This document shows, one piece after another, positions 11,760 through 23,890 of a stretch of DNA of 64,000 bases (positions within the stretch are counted from its first letter, which is position 1; every line of letters begins with the position of its first letter). Made by a program: the position numbers and the translations under genes. Origin of the DNA: Mobula hypostoma (Eukaryota); contig NC_086098.1 in assembly GCF_963921235.1 (NCBI RefSeq), positions 6,324,001 to 6,388,000 on the forward strand. The letters run 5' to 3'. Below the pieces are notes generated by a model. The model was given only the letters and a program-made list of their open reading frames with translations, had not been told where the DNA came from and did no database searches.

Positions 11760-12080
11760 TATAGTGGCTAACCATCGTATCCAATGATGCCAGGAAACCT
11801 GTGTGGGAGAGTTTTAAAATGGGAAGCCCTTTGCACTGGGGCAGTTCCACCCTCCCGACCTCAGAAATCTGGGTCCAGTGGCACAAACAGGCATCACCAA
11901 CGAGGATCTTCCTTGGCTGCAGTGGATGGCCATGATGCCTTGTCTTACCATTCGCTCTCCACTGAGTGTTGCCATACTGCCCTCTTGGCTGCAGACCTCA
12001 TCCACCCAGACCACCAGAGCGGTCTCCATTTGCTAGGACAGGCATGTCCTTATCTTACCGGCTGCCCTCACCTGGTTTAG
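11760..12080 (-). mobile_element. 5'-truncated non-autonomous RTE-type element
   Basis: Minus strand begins ctaaaccaggtgaggg, matching the ribozyme 3' end at 11396-11411; contains cactggaccc...aaaactctcccacacaggtttcc, resembling RTE 5' UTR sequence. Confidence 0.55.
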
Positions 12081-12492
12081 ATTGTTTGTTCGGTTACTTA
12101 TGTAAATGGAGTTAGTGTACAGGCCAACCACAACCTAATTAAATTATGGAACATGTTCAGATATCTGATTAACCACTATGTGGGTCCATGGATTGACTTA
12201 GATCAGAAGAAATCTTCCTTCAGCATCTAACATTATCGGGAGAAGGGTTTTTCAGATATTGTTTTTGACGTCAATATTATAAGATTAGCTTCATTTGTCA
12301 TATGCACATTAAAACATAGAACGAAAATGCATCATTTGTGTCAATGACTAACACAGTCCAAGGATAAACTTGGGGAAGACGACAAGTGTCGCCATGTTTC
12401 CTGTGTCAACATAGTTTACCCACAACTTATGAACCCTAACCTGTACATCTTTGGAATGTGGGCAGAATCTGCTGTTTGAACCCTAACCTGTG

Positions 12493-13029
12493 TGCCTCTT
12501 CCGGTGATGCCTACACCGAAGAAGTTTAGATCCTCTCTTCGACGGGAGTTCAGTGAAACCATCTCTCACTGCTCCCCATCTGTAATTTCTTCGGCTCTTC
12601 AACTTTTCAACCACACTTTGACTCAGACTCGCTATCACAGCCATATATCATTTCTTGGAACGTGACTTATTTTTATACACACATTCTTTCTCTCACTCTC
12701 CTTTTTCTCCCTCTGTCCCTCTGAATATACCCCTTGCCCATCCTCTGGGTCCACCCCCCACCCCTTGTCTTTCTTCCCGGACCTCCTGTCCCATGATCCT
12801 CTTGTATCCCTTTTGCCTATCACCTGTCCAGCTCTCGGCTCCATCCCTCCCCCTCCTGTCTTCTCCTATCATTTTGCATCTCCCCCTCCCCCTCCCACTT
12901 TCAAATCCCTTACTCACTCTTCCTTCAGTTAGTCCTGACGAAGGGTCTCGGCCTGAAATGTCGACTGCGCCTCTTCCTAGAGATGCTGCCTGGCCTGCTG
13001 CGTTCACCAGCAACTTTGATGTGTGTTGC
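12493..13029 (+). mobile_element. Internally deleted Penelope-like element (ORF N-terminus fused to 3' terminal repeat)
   Basis: Perfect 17-bp TSD ttgaaccctaacctgtg at 12476-12492 and 13030-13046; MPTPKKF...TRYHSHISFLGT* start; pyrimidine tract and hammerhead motif. Confidence 0.75.
12931..12966 (+). ncRNA. Minimal type I hammerhead ribozyme motif (Penelope)
   Basis: AGTC-CTGACGA-AGG gtctcgg CCT-GAAA-TG-TC-GACT. Confidence 0.7.
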
Positions 13030-14213
13030 TTGAACCCTAACCTGTGCACCTTTGGAACGTGGAAGGGGTCTGCTGCTTCAGAGCAGTTTAATCAGAGCAA
13101 TCAATGCAGTCTGGGCCACTTCAGTGAAAAATGCTTTGCCCTACAGCCTGCAGTGGGCTAACAGCGCAACGCTGAACTGAACTAAACTGAATACTACTGG
13201 ACAACTGGTTTGATGTTTGATATTCTATGTGTTGTTCGCTCGCTTTTTGCCACTTGCGCAGTTTGTTCTTGTTTCATGCATTGGGTCTTTGATGTTTTCT
13301 TGAACAGGTTTCATGTGTTTCTTTGTTCTGTGGCTGCCTGCAGGAAGACAAACCGCAGAGTTGTATCCTGTATATATACTTCAATAATAAATGTACTTTG
13401 AATCTTTGAAACATTCCTGCTAATGGGGAGAAGGTACAAACACCTCACGGAGAGTGGCGGCAACTATTGGTGCAATTAAGTGTTGCACTACCCACTGTTC
13501 TACTGTGCCAGATAGGAGTGATGGGTCTTCTAATAGTTTAAAAGACACAAATATTTATCCAAATTGCTTGTTTCAAATCACTTCATGTATCATGTGAAGC
13601 AGTCTACAATATTTAAAACAGTTCACAGATGTTTGATTATTAAAGTAATTAATTTCAGAGGTTTTCCAATGCAGTTATTTATCCTAGTACCAAGAAGTTG
13701 TTCCCATTATGATTAACTGGTGAGTTTAACTTTTGGTTTGTTTATTTTAATTTAGACACAGGGTGCACGACTCCCAGTGATGCTCATGTGACCGATTAAC
13801 CGGTACACGTTTGGAGAGTGGGATGAAACTGGAGCTCCTGGAGGAAACACTTGTGGTCATGGGGAGAACATACAAACCCCTTACAGACAGCAGCAGGAGC
13901 AGGAATAGGGTCCTGGTCCATGGCTCTGTAACAGTGTTATACTTACCACTAGGCTATAAAGCCACCCTGACATTTTATTTATTTATTTAGAGATATAGCA
14001 CGGTAACAGGCTCTTTCGGCCCAGTGCGTCCACACTTTCCAATTACAGCCATGGGATCATTTAACCTACTCACCCATAGGTCTTTGGGGAAACCAGAGCT
14101 CCCCGGGAAACCCACATGGTCAGGCAAAGAATGTACAGACTCCTTACAGACAACCCCAGGGATCGGATCCAGGTCACTGGCAGTGTAATAGCATTATGCT
14201 CTCTGATACAATA

Positions 14214-14525
14214 ATATAAGGCATCCGTTAGTCTTGCGAGACCATGGATCTGTGCCTGGAAAGTCTTCACGCTCCAGGGCGCAGGCCTGGGCAAGGTTGT
14301 ATGGAAGACAGGCAGTTGCCCATGCTGCAAGTCTCCCCTCTCCATGACACCAATGTTGTCCAAGGGAAGGGCATTAGGACCCACACAGCTTGGCACCAGT
14401 GTCGTCGCAGAGCAATGTGCGATTAAGTGCCTTGCTCAAGGACACAACACATTGCCTCGGCTGGGGCTCGAACTCACAACCTTCAGGTTGTTAGTCGAAT
14501 GCCTTAACCACTTGGCCACGTGCCC
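14214..14525 (-). mobile_element. tRNA-headed SINE with RTE-like 3' tail
   Basis: A box tggccaagtgg and B box gttcgagcc; tail atccatggtctcgcaagactaacggatgcc; 12-bp TSD tctgatacaata at 14202-14213 and 14531-14542. Confidence 0.85.
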
Positions 14526-14789
14526 AGATATCTGATACAATACATACCACCATACATCCTGCTTTGAAGATGGAAGTTGGAGTGTCCATCGTGGCCTGCA
14601 TCACAGCATGAACTCTGGACTAAAACCTCTGGAGACAACTCTGTACACTTGCGCCCATCACCCTTCACGACCATTCAGTTTTCTGAAAACATTTTCTCAG
14701 TATGTCCAACATTCCTCCATTCTTAAAGTATCTATGACAGTCCTGTGTTTGCTTGTAAATTGTTCATTGAATTCAAGGCCCTTAGGGAT

Positions 14790-16010
14790 AACTATCCCCA
14801 TAAATGTAGGGGATACAGCCCAGTCCATCACAGGTATAGCCCTTCTCACTAATGAGCACATCAGCATGAAATGTTGTTGCAGGAAAGCAACATCCATCAT
14901 CAGGGATCCCCACGATCCAGGCCATGCTCTCTTCTCACCACTGCCATCAGGAAGAAAGTACAGGAACGTCAGGATTCACACCACCAGGTTCAGGAACAGT
15001 TAGTACCTTCAACCATCAGGCTCTTGAACCAAAGGGGATAACTTCACTCCACTTCACCCACTCAATTTCTGGACTATTCACACAACCAATGGACACAATT
15101 TCAAAGACTTTTCATCTCATGTTCTTGATATTTATTGCTTATTATTATCATTATTATTAATAATAATACTATTATTATTACTTTTTTTCGTTCTTTCTGT
15201 ATTTGCACAATTTGTTGTCCTTTGCACAGGTTGCTGATCCTCCCTGTTGGGTGAGGTCTTTCATTGATTCTATTTTGTTTCTTATATCTACTGTGGTTGC
15301 CCATAAGAAAATGAATCTCAGAGTTATATATGGTGACATGTATTCATTTTGACAATAAATTTACTTTGAACTTTAAAATTTCAAGTCCATTTGGATGCCA
15401 GCTCAAAATTAACCAGCACCTTGCGCTCATTGTCAGTAAGACCTGAGTAATGTTTGTGGACTTGAGGAACGGGAGTGGAGGGAACACACACCAGTCCTCA
15501 TTGAGGGATTTAGCAGTGGAGAGGGTGAGTAGCTTCAAGTTCTGGGGTGTCAGTATCTCTGTTGATCTACCCTAAGGCCAAGATATTGATGCAATTACAA
15601 AGGAGGCACAACAGCAGCTATATTTCATTTGGAGTGTGAGGAGAATTGGTATGACACCAAAGACACTCACAGATTTCTACAGGTGTACGGTGGAGAGCAT
15701 TTTAACTGGTTGCATCATTGTCTGGTATGGAGGGGCCACAGCACAAGATCAGAAAATGATGCAGATAGTTGCAAACTCAGCCAGCAACATCAGGAACACT
15801 AGCTTCTGCAGAACTGAGGAAACCTTCAAAAGACGATGCCTCAGAAAGGTGGCATCCATCATTAAGGACCTCATCTCCCATGACCATACCCTCTTCTCAT
15901 AGCTAGAAAGTGGTACAAGAGCTTGAAGACACAAACTCAGAGTTCAGACACAGCTTCTTCCCCTCTGCCATCAGATCTGAATGAACAATGAACCCATAAA
16001 CACTACCTCA
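14790..16010 (+). mobile_element. Two tandem Rex1/Babar LINE 3' fragments
   Basis: SIIRDPHDPGHALFSPLPSGRKYR and FYRCTVESILTGCIIVWYGG motifs. Confidence 0.8.
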
Positions 16011-16685
16011 CTTTTTCCTTTTCTTTGCTCTACTTTTGCATTATTTATTTAATTAATTAAAAAAAATATATATATATATATATATAGCTTATTGTACTTT
16101 ATATTATTTTATTATTATAAGGCCATAAGAACATAGGATATAGGAGCAGAATTAGGCCATTTGGCGCATTGAGTCTCTGCCATTTCATTATGTCTGATCC
16201 ATTTTCCTCTCTGCCCCAATCTCCTACCTTCTCCCTGTATCCCTTCTTAACCTGACCAATCAAGAATCTTTCAACCTCTCCCTTAAATATAAATCAAGAC
16301 ATGGCCTCCACAGATTCACCACTCTCTGTCTAAAGAAATTCCTCCTCATCTCCATTCCAAAGTTCGCCCCTCTCTCTGAGTTTGTGTCCTCTGGTCTTAC
16401 ACTCTTCCACCATAGGAAACGTTCTTGCCACATCCACTCTATCAAGGCCTTTCACCATCTGATAGGTTTCAATAAGGTCACCCTTATTGCTCCTCATCTG
16501 AACCATAACTAGACCAGTTGCAGGTTTATATAGTCAGACTATCAAAGCTGAAAGTATTTGGCAATACTCAAAGTGGCAATGGCATATTATTGCCACTGGC
16601 AATGGGGAATCAGAATCAGAAACAGTCTCAATACCACTGGCATATGTCATGAAATTTATTGTTTTATGGCAGCCTTATACAGCAA

Positions 16686-17271
16686 TCATCTTCATCATTA
16701 CATGCCATGTCGTATGACATGGGGATTCATGGTCTTTCCATGAACATGATTGATTTTGGTAAAGTTTTCTACAGAAGTGGTTTGCCATTGCCTTCTTCTG
16801 GGCAGTGTCTTTACACGATGGGTGACCCCAACCAGTATCAATACTCTTCAGAGAATACACATCAAAGTTATTGGTGAATGCAGCAGGCCAGGCAGCATCT
16901 CTAGGAAGAGGTACAGACCCCAAGGGTCTCGGCCAGAAACGTCAGCTGTACCTCTTCCTAGAGATGCTGCCTGGCCTGCTACGTTCACCAGCAACTTTGA
17001 TGTGTGTTGCTTGAATTTCCAGCATCTGCAGATTTCCTCGTGTTTGCCTCTTCAGAGAATGTCTGCCTGGCACCAGTGGTCGCACAACCAGGACTTGTGA
17101 TATGCACCAGCTACTCATACGACCATCCATCACCTGCTCCCAAGGCTTCATGTGACCCTGATCAGGGGCTAAGCAGGTGCTACACCTTGCCCAAGGGTGA
17201 CCTGCAGGCTAGCGGAGGGAAGGAGCACCTCACACCTCCTTTGGTAGAGACATATCTTCACCCCTTCACCC
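16686..17271 (-). mobile_element. Non-autonomous RTE-related element, family A (copy 2), interrupted by a Penelope fold-back
   Basis: Reverse complement of 8549-8935. Confidence 0.75.
16857..17047. mobile_element. Penelope fold-back remnant
   Basis: Inverted arms of ~58 nt around a partial hammerhead; perfect 13-bp TSD ctcttcagagaat at 16844-16856 and 17048-17060. Confidence 0.8.
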
Positions 17272-19335
17272 TATAATATCAGAGGCATACAGTGTATCAT
17301 GAAATTTGTTGTGTTTTGATAGCAGTACAGTGCAAAGCTATAAATTAGAATAGAAAATATATATGTAAAATTAAAGTAATGCAGAAAGAGCAAAAACATG
17401 TGAAATTTGCTTTACAGCAGCATATATGTAATATATTAAAATTACTATATGTATAATAAGACCATAAGACCAAAATACATAGGAGCAGGATTAGGCCATT
17501 CAGCCCATCGAGTCTGCTCTGCCATTTCATCATGGTTGATCCCGGATCCCACTCAATCCCATACACCTGCCTTCTCACCATCTCCCTTAATGCCCTGACC
17601 AATCAGGAAACCAACAACTTCCACTGTAAGTTTACCCATGGACTTCGCCTGTACTGTTACTGTGGTGAAAATTCAAACCATGCAAGACCAGACCTTTTGA
17701 ATCGGCTTTTGAATGCTGTAAAAACAGAGTATCTACTTTGAAAGGCAGAAGGTATACGTAACACAAATATTTTCATAAGACATCCTGAATCTAACACTTT
17801 GTCATGTTTCTATTAATGCTGTTTCCATTTTACTTGTATTATTTTTTGAGCTGATATAATTTTCTTGGAAAATAGCTTCATTTTTTTAACGTACATGACT
17901 AATTGCTCTGTTGTTACATGCCTGGGGCCCCACTGTGTTTGTGTGTCTATCACTTTTGAAAGAAAGAGAGTTGTAGTTCGAACAATTAACCACGTTGAAA
18001 TACAAGGTTCTCAAAGGTTGCTATTTCAATGATGACCTGGAGATAATTGCCTTAACAAACCACGTTGAAACTCGATATCACTGGATTTCAAGGCCTGGTG
18101 TTCGGTGATCGGTGTGCCCTGGGATTGATGCCAAGGATCGAGGCCCCGAGAGTCGAGGATCCCATTGGAAGTCTGGAATTCAAGGCCCATTGGCCAGAAA
18201 TGAGTCTGAAAATCTCTGTGAGTCTACTGGGGAAACTGAAGTTCAATGTCTACAGGACCAACCTGAGTCTGCAGGACTGTCCTGTGATTAGAGAACTGTC
18301 TATGGGAGAAGCAGGACTTGTTTTGCTGTAGTTGTTTCATTGCTTGTTGTGTTGTGTGTTGTTCTGCCCAGCATTGTGGGCGTGCTACGGTATATTGGCA
18401 CTGGAGCGTCTGGCGGCAGTAGCGGGCTGCCCTCAGCACACTCTCAGGTGAGCTGGTTGTTAATACAGATGATGCATTTCACTGAGTGGTTCAGTTTTGT
18501 GTACCTTTTACACTCTGTGTTTACTTGTTGCCGTTTGGTGCGATTTGTTCGTTTTTTTTGTGCAGGGGGTTCGGAGTTTGACGTTCTTTTCATTTGCACG
18601 ATTCGTTTTCCTGCATGGGGGGGGGGATTGATTTTCTTCTTGCCTTTTATGCAGTATTTTTTGTGCAATGGGGGGGGGGCGCTTGATGATCATGTTTCTG
18701 TCTGCGTGTTTTGTTGTTTTGTGTGAGGGGCAGTTAATGTTCCTCTTTCAACAGTTTCCATGGTTTTCTTTGTTTCGTGACTGTCTGGAAAAGATGAATC
18801 TCAGCGTTCTACACAATATAAATACTTCGATAATAAATGAGCTTTTGAGCCTTTAATGTACATGTGATAAATAAAGTTGAATCTTGATTCGGTCATTGAA
18901 ATTGCAGAGATTCTACATATGTTGGAAATGTAGAGCAACACAAACACAAAATGCTGGAGGAACCCAGCAGCTACAGAGAGGAATAAAGAGCTGACAGTTT
19001 GGGCCGAGACCCTTGAACTAACCTGGACCTTGAACAAAAATGGGTTTGAATATCACATTGAACACAGATTGTTCATACTGGATAAAGTGATACAACAAAT
19101 AATCAATAGGCGACATGCATAACACTAAAGCCTAATGTGAAATAACCCAGATGAGAAAAACAATTCAATAATTCAGATCAACCCTGGCTAATATGAAATT
19201 TAACAAAATAGTCCAGGAAGTCTACATTTCAGAATCAGAATCAGGTTTAATATCACTAGTGTCCGTCATGAAATTTGTTGTTTTGCAGCAGCAAATACAT
19301 AATATTAAAAAATATATAAATTACAATAGAAAGTA

Positions 19336-19791
19336 CAAACTGTGCAAAAGTCTTGGGCACCTATTGTATATATCATTATTCTTTATATCGTTAATGTATA
19401 TATCGTTATTGTTTATATCGCCATTGTATATATCGCTATTGTATATATCGTTATTGTTTATACCGCTATTGTATATATAGTTATTGTATATATTGTTATT
19501 GTATATATTGCTATTGTTTATATTGCTATTGTATATATCACTATTGTATATATTGTTATTGTTTATATTGCTATTGTATATATCGCTATATTGTTATTGT
19601 TTATATTGCTATTGTATATATCGCTATATTTCCCAACCATGATTCCCCTCTCCCTACCCCTTCCCCATTCTCAGTCCACAATGCAGACCCATATCAGAAT
19701 TAGGTTTATCACTCACATATGTCATGAAATTAATTTTTTTGGGGGGCAGCAGTACATACATATATATGCCTAAGTCTTTTGCACAGTACTG
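19336..19791. mobile_element. Tc1/mariner-type MITE
   Basis: TIRs actgtgcaaaagtcttgggca / tgcctaagtcttttgcacagt with flanking TA. Confidence 0.75.
19361..19630. repeat. 15-bp minisatellite (ctattgtatatatcg-like), about 18 units
   Basis: Direct reading; explains the (IVYIA)n pseudo-ORF. Confidence 0.9.
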
Positions 19792-19818
19792 TATATATAA
19801 AAAAAGAAAGTTAAACTA

Positions 19819-20205
19819 AATAGAAACATTTTGAATGTTGAAAGGCATGGACAGAGTGGATGTGGTAAAGTTGTTTCCCATGATGGGGGAGTCTAGTACG
19901 AGGGGGCATGACTTAAGGATTGAAGGGCGCCCATTCAGAACGGAGATGCGAAGAAATTTTTTTAGCCAGAGGGTGGTGAATCTATGGAATTTATTGCCAC
20001 GGGCAGCAGTGGAGGCCAAGTCATTGGGTGTATTTAAGGCAGAGATTGATAAGTATCTGAGTGGCCAGGGCATCAAAGGTTATGGTGAGAAGGCGGGGGA
20101 GTGGGACTAAATGGGAGAATGGATCAGCTCATGATAAAATGGCAAAGCAGACTCGATGGGCCGAATGGCCGACTTCTGCTCCTTTGTCTTATGGTCTTAT
20201 GGTCT
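19819..20205 (+). mobile_element. CR1 LINE 3' end
   Basis: MRRNFFSQRVVNLWNLLP; (tcttatgg)n tail. Confidence 0.88.
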
Positions 20206-22330
20206 AAATAAGTAGAGCAAAAAGAGAGGGGAAAATACTGAGGTTGTTCAAAGGTTCATCATCCATTCAGATATCTGATGGCATTTTACAGTTAATCAAT
20301 GCAAACTGTTTTCTCAGAGGGCTTGATTTATATTTAACAATATAAAGTTAACATGTAAATGCTTTCAACACCAAGTGTGTATTCCCTAAGCTGCACCAAT
20401 GTGGCAGCCTTTCCAATTTGGGTCAGAGAAATTCAGATTTGTTCACACTTCAGTGAATTTAAGTAATCTCATATTATTGATCAGCGTTTCAGAGAGTTTT
20501 GATTTTTAGTGGGCTCACCTTCATAAAAACAAAGTGGCTTGCCTCAGAAATGGCAGGTGCATCCCAGGTTAAAAGCCTGTCTTCATTTGGAATTCTTCAT
20601 TTGCCAAATAGGAAATCATTCATTCTGAGCATCAAGGAGAAGATCTATGACCATATACATTTACACGCATTAGAAAGGAAGAAATTCTGAGCAGAAATTT
20701 CTTCAGCCAGAGGGTGGTGAATCTGTAGACATAGACTCTTGTAGAGATGAAATCATTGGGTACGTTTAAAGCAGAAGTTGATAAATTCTTGCTTAGTCAG
20801 GGTGTCAAAGGTTACAGGGAGTAGGCAAGAGAACAGAGTTGAGAGGGTAATAAATCAGCCCTGATGGAATGACAGAGTGGACTTGATGGCCAAAATGGCC
20901 TTATTCTGCTCCTTTGTCATATCGTCCGATAGAATTTGCTGTGGTGTGTTGGTCACGACAGTAAGTTTGATGCTGTGAAAGTGAGTCTGTAGGTTGTGGA
21001 ATCAGTGCAGTGTAGTTATCCACGCCTGTTCAGAAGCCTGACGGCTTATTTTTATTTATTTATTGAGATTGAGTGTGAAACAGGCCCTCCTGGACATCCC
21101 AGCTATCCCTGATTCATCGCTAGTCTAATCACAGGACAACTTGCCTACCAACTCGCCTACCAACTGGTACATTTTTGGACTATGGGAGGAAACCGGAGCA
21201 CCCGGAGGAAACCTATGCATTCACAGGGAGAACAAACCAACTCCTTACAGACAACAGTATGAATTGAACATGGGTTGCCTGTATTGTAAAGTGCTGTGCT
21301 TACCACTACCTATCGTGTCGACCCAACATCACGAGCCCTTTAGCCTCCATGGCTTGCCGTAGAGCTTTGAGCTTCTAGGGCTTTTTGCAAGGTTATCTTA
21401 ACTAGAGCCATTGAGCCTTTGTGCTTTCAGTTTAATCTGGTCAAGTTAATTGTGGCAGGCACTGTACTCTCAGAGGCAGGGGCAGAGGAACGGCAGGTCT
21501 TCTGCGTAATGGAGGTCACTGGAACCAGCTCACTGGGTGGTATGGATCCTGAGGCTTCTGTACCTCCTGCCCAATGGTAGTAGTGAGAAGAGAACATGGC
21601 CTGGATGATTGGAGTCCTTGATGGTGCATGCTGCTTTTTTGTGAGAGCACTCAATGCATTGTCCCAGTGATTAAGAAAGGGACGGCTGGAGCCATTCACA
21701 AAAGTAGGAATTTCAAGGTGAGCATCATCCCAGTGCTGTATATTGTGCGGTATCCCCTATCATGAATAGAAGACATTTTTGCATCTTTGACAGGCAAGGA
21801 GAGGTTTTCAAAGATTGACTTGTCACAAGTCTATCTGCAAACGGGGATTAAGTCAGCCAGGAAGTTCCTCACAATCAACTCTCACAAGGGACTTTTCCAG
21901 TATAATCGTCTCGTTTTTGGCATTGCATCAGCTTCAGCAATTTGGCAAAATGCAATGGACAAAGTGCTCCAAGATATTCCATGAGCACAATGATACCTTG
22001 ATGACATCATCGTGACTGGTAGCGTGGTGAAGAGCACCTCCAGAACCTTGTTAAAGTGCTCACCAGGCTGAGTGAGTATGGTCTGCGCACAGAGAGAGAA
22101 ATGTGAGGGTGTCAAGAATGAGACCTCATACTGTGGACATGCCATTGACAAGCAGGGCTTCCGTAAGTCACGAAGAGAAGATTGAAGCAGTGCTACAGGC
22201 AACCAAACTGGAAAATATGTCTCAACTCAGGTCATACTTGGACCTTGTAAAATACTCTCAATGGTTTCTCCCAGACATTGCTACAGTACCGCATCCATTG
22301 AATGCACTGTTACAGACAGGAACAAAGTGA

Positions 22331-22556
22331 ACAACACACACGAAATGCTGCAGGAACTCAGCAGACCAGGCAGCATCTATGGAAAAGTGTACAGGTGACA
22401 TTTCGAGCCGAGACCATTCAGCAGAGTCCTGCTGAACGGTCTTGGCCCAAAATGTCGACTGCACTCTTTTCCGTAGACGCTGCCTGGCCTGCTGAGTTCC
22501 TGCAGCATTATGTGTGTGTTGCTTGGATTTCCAGCATCTGCAGAGTTTCTCTTGTT
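22331..22556. mobile_element. Penelope fold-back remnant inserted in Gypsy pol
   Basis: Inverted arms of ~90 nt centred at ~22426, each with a degenerate hammerhead. Confidence 0.8.
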
Positions 22557-23450
22557 TGTAATCAGAGCAAAGTAGGAAAGGTCAGAAGGATGTGAAAAAA
22601 GCTGTCAAGGAAACAAAAAAGTCTATTAACATCGGATGAACTGCTGACCCATTATACCCATCCCTGCCCAACAGGCTGTTGAGTGATGCATCTCCTTATG
22701 ACATTGGAGCCATTTTGTCACATATTATGAAAGATGGATCAGAATTCAACTATGCACAGATCAACCGAGAGGCCTTTAGTCTGGTATGGGGAATAAAGAA
22801 CTTCCACCACGGACAAAAATCTATGCCCGTGACAGGTTGCCAGCCTCTTCTCTCCATTTTCAATCCCAGGAAGAGAATTCCAGTGATGCCTGCTACCTGG
22901 TAACAATGTTGGGCAATGTTCCTAGGAGCCCACTCTTATGACCTAGAGTTCAAGGGTACCAAACAACACAGCAACACTGATGGTTTGTCATGTCTTCCAC
23001 TGTTGGCAACTGAAGAAGAAAAGTCTTCGTACTGTGACCCAGCAGAAGTGTTCCTCACCACATTGGTGGACAAGGTGCCGGTAAGAAATTCCAAAATATA
23101 AAGGGAAACAGTCTATGATGTCACCATGCAAGGATGGCCAGCTCATGGTAACCTTATGTTTCCCAAGTTCTCAGTGAGACGAGGCCAATCATCGCCATGT
23201 CTAGGAATGCTGATGTGTGGATCTCGCTTTGTAGTTCCCTCTAAACTGCACACCAGAATGTTAGAAAATCTGCATGAAGGACATTTGGGTACAGCCAAGA
23301 TGAAGAGTTTCACCCAGAGCTACACGTGGTGGCCGGGAACAGATAAACAGAACGATAACTTGGCCAAAAGCTGTTCGAGATGTCAATAAGTTCAATATGC
23401 ACCCCTACAGGCATCGATACACCCATGCAAGAGGCTGTTGTCACCTTGGC

Positions 23451-23890
23451 AAGTCAAGTCACTTTTTATTGTCATTTCGACCATAACTGCTGGTACAGTA
23501 CACAGTAAAAATGAGACAACATTTTCCAGGACCATGGTGCTGCATGAACAATACAAAAACTACACTGAACTACACAAAACTACACTATCATGAGGAACGC
23601 ACATAATAAATGCTGGTGAAAACTACACTAGACTACAGACCTGGCCAGGACTGCATAAAGTGCACAAAACAGTGCAGGCATTACAATAAATAATAAACAA
23701 GACAATAGGCACAGTAGAGGGCAGTAGGTTGGTGTCAGTCCAGGCTCTGGACATTGAGGAGTCTGATGGCCTGGGGGAAGAAACTGTTACATAGTCTGGT
23801 CGTGAGAGCCCAGATACTTCAGTGCCTTTTGCCAGATGGCAGGAGGGAGAAGAGTTTGTATGAGGGGTGCGTGGGGTCCTTCATAATGCT
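23451..23890 (-). mobile_element. Rex1/Babar LINE 3' fragment inserted in Gypsy integrase
   Basis: (aagtc)n tail; same family as 36175-37035; integrase PWQ|RAHIDFAG is split, with tggca on both sides. Confidence 0.85.

Noticed and set aside
14450..14525. tRNA gene
   Set aside because: The tRNA-like head continues into a SINE body with a TSD; the same applies at 28502 and 39439.
19342..19773. 143-aa hydrophobic (IVYIA)n ORF
   Set aside because: Translation of a 15-bp minisatellite; also not a CRISPR array because there are no spacers.
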